DNA from: Gemmata obscuriglobus
GTDB lineage: Bacteria; Planctomycetota; Planctomycetia; Gemmatales; Gemmataceae
Reading direction: 5' to 3'
DNA length: 32,000 nt
Assembly: GCF_008065095.1 (NCBI RefSeq)
Contig: NZ_CP042911.1
Coordinates: forward strand, 7,290,001-7,322,000
Positions within the stretch are counted from its first letter, which is position 1, and the number at the start of each line of letters is the position of its first letter. A program made the translations under genes and the position numbers. Below are positions 17,072 to 24,239 of this stretch, piece by piece. The notes beneath the pieces are model-generated. The model did no database searches, was not told where the DNA came from, and worked only from the letters and a program-made list of their open reading frames with translations.

Positions 17072-17824
17072 ATGACCGAAGCCGAATGGCTGGCGTGCGC
17101 CGATCCGGCGGCGATGTACAAGTTCCTCGGCGGCCGCGCCAGCCATCGCAAGTGGCGGCTGTTCGCGTGCGCCTGCTGCCGACGGCACTGGCACTGGGCC
17201 GCCGACACGCCCGCGGCGCAAGCCGTTGAGGTCGCGGAGCGGTTCGCTGACGGCCGGACAACCGACAAGAAGCTCCGAGCCGCAATGAACCAGGCGGACG
17301 CGGTCGCCGGGCAGTTTTACGATGAGTACCGGCTCACGCAAGGCGTCGAGCCGTACATCGCCCACGTACACGCCAGTGCGTGTGCCGACGCGGTCCGATC
17401 AGGGGTACGGTTCGCGGTCAACGCGGCCAATTTCGCCGCCCAGACCTACGCCTACGAGATTACCAATACGGCCGGGGGCGTTAGCGACCTTTGGCAAGCG
17501 CACAAGGACGCCGAAGCTGCCGCGCACGCTGGCGTCCTGCGCGATATCGTTGGGAACCCGTTCAGCCCGGTCGGGTTCGATCCCGCCTGGCGCACCACCG
17601 ACGTGCGGCTCCTGGCCGAACGCATCTACAACGACCGCGCGTTCGACCAGCTCCCCATTCTCGCTGACGCGCTCCAGGATGCCGGGTGTGGGGCCGAACG
17701 GCTGCTGGAGCACCTGCGCGACCCCGCGCTGCTGCCGTGGGAGCGGCCGGACGCGGCCGGGCCGCCCCCGGTGGAACACGTCCGGGGGTGCTGGGCGCTC
17801 GACCTCGTGCTCGGTTTTGCCTGA
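17072..17824 (+). CDS. Hypothetical protein, paralog 2 of the tandem pair (Cys-rich N-terminal motif RLFACACCRRHWHW; C-terminal PILADALQDAGC...HVRGCWALDLVLG)
   Basis: ATG at 17072, 6 nt after the paralog 1 stop, with AGGAG upstream. The N-terminus MTEAEWLACADPAAMYKFLGGRASHRKWRLFACACCRR is a pattern I recall as common in planctomycete and myxobacterial hypothetical proteins. GC is normal (42/60 in a sampled window). Confidence 0.85.
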   Translation: MTEAEWLACADPAAMYKFLGGRASHRKWRLFACACCRRHWHWAADTPAAQAVEVAERFADGRTTDKKLRAAMNQADAVAGQFYDEYRLTQGVEPYIAHVHASACADAVRSGVRFAVNAANFAAQTYAYEITNTAGGVSDLWQAHKDAEAAAHAGVLRDIVGNPFSPVGFDPAWRTTDVRLLAERIYNDRAFDQLPILADALQDAGCGAERLLEHLRDPALLPWERPDAAGPPPVEHVRGCWALDLVLGFA

Positions 17825-17907
17825 CACAAAGCGGCATGGCACCGGTTGCGCGGCGTAGGTAGAATCGTCACCAGGGTTACAGTTTCGCCGTCTTCAGGAG
17901 GGGCGCC

Positions 17908-19176
17908 GTGGTGGCAAACAGGGTCCGGCGGGTGGTGCTACTGGCCGCCGCCGTTGGGTTCGCGGTCCTGGCCGGCGGGCCGGTCCGTGCGGCCGATGAC
18001 AACAAGGAGCTGCGCGAGGAACTCCTCAAACTCAACTCCATCACCGATAAGGACGCGCAGCGGGACAAGCTCCGCGCGCTCGCGAAGGACAAGGATAAGG
18101 CGAAAAAGCTCGTCACCGAAGCCGGCAAGATGCTTAAGGAGGCGAAGGGCAAGGACAACCCGTTCAACTTCAACGGCGGGCTGATCGTCGCCCGTCTCGC
18201 GCACTTCAACAAGCAGTACGACATCGCCGAGCCGTTCTACGAGGCGCTCGTCGAGAACGCCACCAAGATCAAGAGCGGCAGCAAGATGGTGGACGCCTAC
18301 GAGGGCCTCATCGACCTGTACTGGGAGACGAAGAAGTACGCCCTGGTGTCCGAGACGTGCCAGAAGTTCGTGGACGACATGGGGCCGGAAGAGTACGAGC
18401 GCGCGAAGCCCTTCATCCTGGAGCGGCTGGTGCAGTCGATGGCGAAGGAAGGGAAGTTCGACGAGGCGCTGGGCCTCGTTGACAACCTCATCCGGGTGAG
18501 CGCCCAGGCCGACTGGTACTTCCTCCAGACCAAGGGCTGGGTGCTGCGCGAGCAGGGCAAGCTGCCGGCGGCGATCGAGGCGTACAACTCGGCGCTCGAA
18601 AAGCTCGACACCACCGACGCCCTCAAGGGTGAGGGCAAGGACCAGATGAAGGACCGCGTCCGGTATATCCTCACCGGGCTGTACGTCGACAACAAGGACG
18701 TGGACAAGGCCGCCAAACACCTGCAAACGCTCATCAAGCGGAACCCGGACAACCCGACGTACAAGAACGACCTCGGGTTCATCTGGTGCGACGCGAACAT
18801 GAACCTCGAAGAGTCCGAGAAGCTGATCAAAGAGGCCATCGAACTCGACACGAAGGAGCGGGAGAAGCTCAAGAAGGAAGGCAAGCTCGACGAGGTGAAG
18901 CCGAACGCCGCGTACCTCGACAGCCTGGGCTGGGTGCTGTTCAAGCAGAAGAAGTACAAGGAAGCGCTCGAGCCGCTGAAGCAGGCCGCGGCCGACGACG
19001 AGGACGGCAGCCACCTCGAAATCTGGGACCACCTCGCCGACTGCCACATGGCGCTCGGGGAGAAGAAGGAAGCCATCGCCGCGTGGGAGAAGGCCCTGAA
19101 GTGCGAGGACCTGACCAAGCGGGACGGCGAGCGCCGCCGCAAGGTGAGCGAGAAGCTGAAGAAGGCCCGCGAGTAG
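17908..19176 (+). CDS. Secreted TPR-repeat protein
   Basis: GTG start at 17908 with AGGAGG 6-7 nt upstream. The signal peptide is VVLLAAAVGFAVLAGGPVRA-AD. The sequence is Lys/Glu-rich with TPR-like A/Y/L periodicity (e.g. YLDSLGWVLFKQKKYKEALEPLKQA, IWDHLADCHMALGEKKEAIAAWEKAL). Confidence 0.9.
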   Translation: MVANRVRRVVLLAAAVGFAVLAGGPVRAADDNKELREELLKLNSITDKDAQRDKLRALAKDKDKAKKLVTEAGKMLKEAKGKDNPFNFNGGLIVARLAHFNKQYDIAEPFYEALVENATKIKSGSKMVDAYEGLIDLYWETKKYALVSETCQKFVDDMGPEEYERAKPFILERLVQSMAKEGKFDEALGLVDNLIRVSAQADWYFLQTKGWVLREQGKLPAAIEAYNSALEKLDTTDALKGEGKDQMKDRVRYILTGLYVDNKDVDKAAKHLQTLIKRNPDNPTYKNDLGFIWCDANMNLEESEKLIKEAIELDTKEREKLKKEGKLDEVKPNAAYLDSLGWVLFKQKKYKEALEPLKQAAADDEDGSHLEIWDHLADCHMALGEKKEAIAAWEKALKCEDLTKRDGERRRKVSEKLKKARE

Positions 19177-19260
19177 TTGACTCCTGCGGCGCGAGTGGCC
19201 TTGGCCGCTCGCGCCGTGCTGGTTTCCCAAACGGGGTTCGGCAAGCAGAGGCAGTTGAGG

Positions 19261-19482
19261 ATGCACACGCTCACGGTTCGGACCCGGTTCACCTTCGGCG
19301 ACCGTGTGCGGTTCGACTCGCCAATGCAGCGGTGCTCGGGCGAGGGCACGGTGTTCGCTATCACCGTCGGCGCAGACGGCCAGATCGACTACATGATCGA
19401 AATCGGCCGGGACGGTTACAGCGACCTCCAACCGGGTATCCTAGAGGACGAGATCACGCTGCGGGGGGCCGACGAGTCGTGA
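19261..19482 (+). CDS. Small hypothetical protein (73 aa)
   Basis: Internal ATG at 19261 of track ORF 19177..19482, with AGAGG/GAGG upstream. Third positions are G/C-rich. The sequence looks like a small beta-rich domain (FTFGDRVRFDSP...GTVFAITVGADGQIDYMIEIG). No family recognised. Confidence 0.6.
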   Translation: MHTLTVRTRFTFGDRVRFDSPMQRCSGEGTVFAITVGADGQIDYMIEIGRDGYSDLQPGILEDEITLRGADES

Positions 19483-19601
19483 GACACCGACCTCCGACAA
19501 AGGCACGCCGAACCTGGCGCGGCACCTGACACCGCCATCGGATTCGGGACGCGTCACTCATCTGGTGATGGCGATGCAGGTGAGCTGATGTTCGGGAAAC
19601 C

Positions 19602-20360
19602 GTGTTCGACTCGCCTGCGGAACTCTCCATGCTTGCCGGCTGGACGCGGATCGCCCTGGGCGGGCACGCCGTTGACGTGTTCGACCCGCCCGGCGCAGCG
19701 CCGCACGCGCTCCTCTACCTGCACTCACTTCGTGAAGAGTCGCCGGCAACCGACTCCACTTTCACAACGGAACTGAAGCGGCACCGGTTGCGGTGCGCCG
19801 CCCCGGCCGGCGGGTGGTGCTGGTGGGCCGATCGCGTCTGTCCGGAGTTCGGAACCGAAATTACTCCCGAACACTTCCTTCTGGAATCGCTGGTGCCGTG
19901 GATGGCGTCGGCGTGGGGGCTTGGCCCGCGCGGGGTCGCACTCGCGGGTGTGGAAATGGGCGGACAGGGGGCGGTGCGACTCGCGTTCAAACACCCCGAC
20001 CGGTTTCCGGTCGCGGCGAGCGTTTCGGGCGCGTTCGACTGCCAGGACTGGTACGGCGCGGGCACGCCACTCGATGAGATGTACGAGAGCCGCGAGCGGT
20101 GCCGGCTCGACACCGCGCTTCTGCACCTCGACGCCCGGGACTGGCCGGCGCACCTGTGGTTCTGTTGCGCGCCGGACGACGCGGCGTGCTATCGCGGTAA
20201 CGACCGCCTCCGCGAAAAGCTCGCCGCGATGGGTGTTCCGCACACCGCCGATCTCGACACACGCGCCGCAGCCGAAACGTCATACACGGAATTCATGACG
20301 CCCAAGGCGCTGGCGTTCGTCGCGGATGCGCTCGGGCGAGAGGCGAAGCGGCTGATGTAA
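19602..20360 (+). CDS. Esterase-family (esterase D/PF00756-like) alpha/beta-fold protein with substituted catalytic residues (probable pseudoenzyme)
   Basis: GTG at 19602; the alternative start is ATG at 19629. The nucleophile elbow reads GVEMGGQGA where the family has GHSMGGHGA (Glu codon 19953-19955). The region aligning to the GYDHSYYF His motif reads AAAETSYTEF. HPDRFPVAASVSGAF matches the family. Confidence 0.8.
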   Translation: MFDSPAELSMLAGWTRIALGGHAVDVFDPPGAAPHALLYLHSLREESPATDSTFTTELKRHRLRCAAPAGGWCWWADRVCPEFGTEITPEHFLLESLVPWMASAWGLGPRGVALAGVEMGGQGAVRLAFKHPDRFPVAASVSGAFDCQDWYGAGTPLDEMYESRERCRLDTALLHLDARDWPAHLWFCCAPDDAACYRGNDRLREKLAAMGVPHTADLDTRAAAETSYTEFMTPKALAFVADALGREAKRLM

Positions 20361-20380
20361 GGGGGCAACTCGTTCGCGAC

Positions 20381-20493
20381 TTGGTTTTGTTCTTGTGGCA
20401 CAGACATTCCTGTCTGTGCGGCCTTCGCGCGCCGCACAGACAGGAATGTCTGTGCCACAAGAAACAGACACCACCGCCCGGACTGTGAACCAG
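20381..20493 (-). repeat. Nested-palindrome repeat element, copy 2 (reverse orientation of 7149-7261)
   Basis: Arms at 20395-20419 and 20434-20458 are identical to the copy 1 arms, with a 14-nt loop. The flanks match the reverse complement of the copy 1 flanks (e.g. gtgccacaagaaacagacaccacc[g/a]cccgga...). Confidence 0.9.
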
Positions 20494-20512
20494 ACACGAA
20501 TCCGCGGTGGGT

Positions 20513-20597
20513 ATTGCTCTTCTGACGAGCCGCGACCGCCAGGGCGTGGGATACGTACCCCCACGCCCTGGCGGTCGCGGCTCGTCAGAAGAGCAAT
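20513..20597. repeat. Perfect 38-bp-stem hairpin (85 nt) between convergent genes; possible bidirectional terminator or REP-like element
   Basis: 20513-20550 (attgctcttctgacgagccgcgaccgccagggcgtggg) is the exact reverse complement of 20560-20597, with a 9-nt loop atacgtacc. There is no flanking U-tract. Confidence 0.85.
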
Positions 20598-20616
20598 GCG
20601 TACAATCGAGTACATC

Positions 20617-22134
20617 CTAAAACACCGTGCCGGAGCCGCTGCGCGGGAATTCGTTCGGGTCGGGCGGGAACGCCGACGGCTTCGGGGCCGCGGGGCGCCC
20701 GCCGAGCATCGCGGACCGCGGCGGCTTCAAACCGGGCATCGGCCCCGGGGTCGGGCGGAGCTGGTCTGGGTTCGCGCCGTTCGCCCACAGCAGCACCCGG
20801 CGGGCGACTTCGGCGGCGACCTTGCTGTTGGCCGGCGGTCGCTCGCCCCCGGGGAGCCCGAGTTCCAACCCCAGCACGTTTTGCAGCACCGCCGCAACCG
20901 ACAGCGCCATCTCGCGGTTCGGCTGACGCGCCAGCCCGCGGAGCACGTCCACGCCGTCCGAGTCGTGCGGGTTGATGCGCAACATCTCTTCCGCCGCGAA
21001 CAGCCGCATGGGTCCCGGCTGGTCCAGGTTGGTGAGCTTGTCGAGCAGGTCCACCGAGAGCAAGTTATGATCGCGCAACAGCGCCGCGAGTTCCACCCGG
21101 AGGGCGGGCGGGGCGTCGGCGCTGAGCATCATCGCGGCGAGCTGGCTACCCAGTTCGGGCCGCTCCCCGTCGGTCAGGTCGCGGTGGTGCTGCTCGATCA
21201 GCGTTTGGATCGCGCGGGGGGCGAGCGGGGCGTGCTCCTCGGCCCAGGTGATGAGGTCGGCGAGTGCCGCGGCCGGCAGCCGCCCGGTGGCGAACAGCGG
21301 GCCGTCGTCCGCGAGTCGCGGGTCGGCGAGCGCCTCACGCACGCCCTCGCGGGCGAACGCCCACTTGGCGTCGGCCTGCCACAGCAGGGCTTCCGCGGCG
21401 GCCGCACGCGCCTCGGCCGCGGGGTCCCGCAACATCCGGGCCAGCCCGCCGATGAGGTCGGCGGACCCGACCGCGGCCAGCGCGTACGCCGCCGCGACCC
21501 GGACGGCCGGTTCGCCGCTCTCGCGGGCCGTTTTCATAACCAACTCAGCCTCTCCCGGGCGCCACACGGGGCGATACTCCAATGCCCCCAGGGCGGCACA
21601 CTGCACCTCCGGCCGCGGGTCCGAGAGCAGCGCGAGGACCGGGCGGATCTCGTCCAGCGCGGCCCCCCGAAGGGCGACCACCTCGGGTAACAGCCGGCAG
21701 TCGGTGAACTGGAGCGGCCAGTCGGTGCGGGACACGAGCTTGGCGCACCACTTGTTCGCGCGGCGAAGCGGTTCGGCCCCGGTCCGCGTCAGGTCGTGAA
21801 CCGCTGCGAGGCCCACCGCCGTGATGAGCAGGGCGCTTTGTCCGATGTGAACGGCCCAATCAGGAGAGCCGCGGGTCGGCAGCCACAGCCACGCGAGGGC
21901 GATCAGGTACAGGACGACGAGCGACGCGCTCACCGGCGGGCGCCACACCGGGTGGGCGCGCAAGAGGGTGAGCGCGAAGAGCACCTGAACACCCGCCCCG
22001 ACGTAGAGCGCGATCAGGTCCGTGCGGTAGCCGAAACCGCCGAGCAGGGCGGCCGGAAGTGCGAGCAATGTGAAGCTAACGACCCGGCCGAGGAGCCCGA
22101 GATCGTGGCGCGGCGCCGGTGCGGACCAAGCCAT
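20617..22134 (-). CDS. Membrane protein with about 4 N-terminal TM helices and a C-terminal HEAT/armadillo-like repeat domain
   Basis: Start set at ATG 22132-22134 (MAWSAPAPRHDLGLLGRVVSFTLLALPAALLGGFGY...), internal to track ORF 20617..22314. Four hydrophobic segments are followed by HEAT-like repeats (LLSDPRPEVQCAALGALEY, ESGEPAVRVAAAYALAAVG, LRDPAAEARAAAAEALL). Confidence 0.8.
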   Translation of the reverse strand: MAWSAPAPRHDLGLLGRVVSFTLLALPAALLGGFGYRTDLIALYVGAGVQVLFALTLLRAHPVWRPPVSASLVVLYLIALAWLWLPTRGSPDWAVHIGQSALLITAVGLAAVHDLTRTGAEPLRRANKWCAKLVSRTDWPLQFTDCRLLPEVVALRGAALDEIRPVLALLSDPRPEVQCAALGALEYRPVWRPGEAELVMKTARESGEPAVRVAAAYALAAVGSADLIGGLARMLRDPAAEARAAAAEALLWQADAKWAFAREGVREALADPRLADDGPLFATGRLPAAALADLITWAEEHAPLAPRAIQTLIEQHHRDLTDGERPELGSQLAAMMLSADAPPALRVELAALLRDHNLLSVDLLDKLTNLDQPGPMRLFAAEEMLRINPHDSDGVDVLRGLARQPNREMALSVAAVLQNVLGLELGLPGGERPPANSKVAAEVARRVLLWANGANPDQLRPTPGPMPGLKPPRSAMLGGRPAAPKPSAFPPDPNEFPRSGSGTVF

Positions 22135-22337
22135 GATGCGCGATCCCACCTGAGCGGTGTCGGGTAACCGGTGCCGTCCGCCGAGGGGACACGGCACCCA
22201 AACTGAGCGGGACTTCTGTTCTGAAGAACTACCGTACCGTACCTTATCTCGCGATTCAGCCCGGGGCAAACGCGCGAGACACGCGAGCGGTCGTAAAGTC
22301 GAAAGTCTTAACATCGGAAGCGAGGGCGTGTGGGCGG

Positions 22338-22900
22338 TTACCGTAGTAAAATCATGATGTGAGCGCGTGCGAGGAAGTTGCGCGCGGTTTCGTCACATCG
22401 TGTCGCAACCCGTCGGTGTGGCGTGGCCTTGGCCCCGAACCGCTCGCCCCGGTTCCGGTCCTTGTACCGGTCGGTATCGACGTCCCGTCGCGCGGTCCGG
22501 TTCTTGCGGCTCGGGATCGCCGCCGCGCTGCCGCGGGTCGCGATGCCATCCACGAAGTCCGGCGTCTGTACCCTCGTCGGCGATGAAAGCGGCCGCCGCC
22601 GGCCCCGTCACCAGGGCCTCGGCGTGAGTGAGTGATGTCGGCGTCCGGGCCTGGGGTCCGCAGTGCCCGGCTGGGGAACCCGAACCCGCACGCCCGCACC
22701 GGGACCTTGATTCCGAACCCGCCACGACCGCCCCCCAACGCTTGCTCCTCTTGTCCTCCGGTCCCGTCGGACTTTTTTGCGCCCCAGCCGCGCACGGATC
22801 AACACGGGATCGAGGAACCGCTATACCAAATCCGGGTCCGACAGAATAAACAGCATCGAGCCAATCGATATTTATTCCACTCACCCTGTTATGCCTAAAT
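22338..22900 (-). pseudogene. Degraded IS5-family (DDE) transposase relic, frameshifted
   Basis: Track ORF 22338..22553(-) reads DGIATRGSAAAIPSRKNRTARRDVDTDRYKDRNRGERFGAKATPHRRVATRCDETARNFLARAHI. This resembles the IS5-family C-terminus as I recall it (IP.R.NRK...YK.RN.VER.F..LK.FRR.ATRYDK.A.NFLA). Upstream in another frame (ORF 22393..23013) lie ...AAGAQKSPTGPEDKRSKRWG... and ...HAEALVTGPAAAAFIADEGTDA (compare LLADKGYDS). The frameshift is near 22555-22560. No intact N-terminal part or inverted repeats were identified, so the upstream boundary is approximate. Confidence 0.55.
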
Positions 22901-23565
22901 GTGTTTATACTCTCCATCACATGCCGGCGTGCCCCTTGCGCCTCGGGCCAGCAGTGCCCCCCACATCGGATCTCACTCCGCCTCGAGTTCTTAATCCGTC
23001 GTGTCCCTCCCACACGTGGCCGTTCACTTCCTGTGACGGTGGATAAATTTCCCCGGCCGGTGTCAGGTCGCCACGCTTCTTCTTAATGACGCAGGGGTTC
23101 GCCGAGTTGGTGGACCCAAGGGGTCAGAGCCAAGCGCCGCTCAGAAGGAGCCGCACATGAGCGATCAACAGATGTCTCACGAGGCGGGTGCGGATCGACG
23201 GACCGTGCTGAAGACCGTGGGGGTACGAATCGATGTCCCGGTACCCGGACTTCGCCGAGTACAAGCGGCGCACCGGCCTGCTGTTCCCCAGGCTGTGGTG
23301 ACCCCAAGGCGTGTGAAAGGGGTTTTCGCGCGAGGGGCGTTTTGAACGGGACCGACGCGGGCCGGGAGCGGGCGCCTGGCCGCAGCGGCCGAAGGGGCGG
23401 TTGTGATTATGAAGACAAATGAGTCGGCGATGATGACGTTCTCGGCGAGCTGTTAGCCGCATCTGCACGGCCTCTCCTCATTACTGGTGCTCGGGCGCGT
23501 AGAAGCCGATCACCCGCGGCGGTATACTCGGGTCCGTCGCCCGCGCACCTCAAGAGGAGGCTGCT

Positions 23566-24180
23566 TTGGTCGAGGCAAACACCACGGCCGCGGTCCAGTG
23601 CTATTTAGACGAATTGGCCAGTGACGCGCCCGCCGAACCGGTCGTCCGGGCGCTGCTCGGGCGCGCGGTCCGCCGGCTGAACCAGTTGTGCGCCACGCTC
23701 CTTTACCGCAACTACCCGCGCCTGACCCGGCCGCCCCTCAACTTGCAGTCCAACGAGTTGCTCGGGGCCGTCGTGGAGCGCCTCCTCAAGGCCCTCCGGG
23801 AAGCACGGCCGGCGACCGTGCGGGACTTCTTCGCCCTCGCGGCCCAGCACATGCGATGGGAACTCAACGACCTGGCCCGCTGCCTCGACGAGCAGCCGGA
23901 CACGGTCGCGATCGACGGGCGGGTGCCCGCGCCGCCCGGCAGCGACTCCGGCCTGAGTTCGGAGTGCCGGCGGATCATTGCCGTGATCGACACCCTGCCC
24001 CCGGAGGAGCGCGAGGTGTTCGACCTGGTGCGGTTGCAGGGGATGACGCAGGTCGAAGCCGCGGCGGTGCTCGGCGTCGCCACCCGGACGGTGCGGCGGA
24101 GGCTGGACCGCGGCTTGTTGCTGCTGGCGGAGCGCCTGAGCGACCTGCGGCCGGGCGACACACGCCCTGAAACACCTTGA
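23566..24180 (+). CDS. ECF-type RNA polymerase sigma factor (sigma-70 family), the kinase-linked planctomycete type
   Basis: TTG start at 23566 with AGAGGAGG 5 nt upstream. Region 4 HTH reads LPPEEREVFDLVRLQGMTQVEAAAVLGVATRTVRRRLDRGLLLL. A region-2-like segment reads ELLGAVVERLLKALRE...FFALAAQHMRWELNDLAR. It is followed immediately by a Ser/Thr kinase gene. Confidence 0.85.
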   Translation: MVEANTTAAVQCYLDELASDAPAEPVVRALLGRAVRRLNQLCATLLYRNYPRLTRPPLNLQSNELLGAVVERLLKALREARPATVRDFFALAAQHMRWELNDLARCLDEQPDTVAIDGRVPAPPGSDSGLSSECRRIIAVIDTLPPEEREVFDLVRLQGMTQVEAAAVLGVATRTVRRRLDRGLLLLAERLSDLRPGDTRPETP

Positions 24181-24239
24181 GAACCGGCCGCGGCCTGGCA
24201 CCTCCGACGGGCCAGGCCCCTCCGACGTGGGAGAGCCCC

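Noticed and set aside
17938-19431. 497-aa and 355-aa - strand ORFs opposite the TPR gene; 431-aa + ORF at 20395..21690 opposite the HEAT membrane gene; 361-aa - ORF at 15071..16156 opposite the LLM gene; 383-aa + ORF at 5006..6157 opposite TatD
   Set aside because: All are antisense shadows of genes with clear motifs, SD-preceded starts and protein-like composition.
7184-20458. Possibility that the identical 25-nt palindromic arms are CRISPR repeats
   Set aside because: There are only two loci 13 kb apart, each an inverted pair with a 14-nt loop. There is no regular repeat-spacer array and there are no cas genes.
23157-23345. 62-aa ORF with a good SD (AAGGAG) and a Tat-like RRTVLKTVG start
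   Set aside because: After about 22 residues the sequence becomes Arg/Pro/Val-rich and non-protein-like, and a different frame carries a gene-tail-like fragment. I interpret it as gene debris, not a live CDS.
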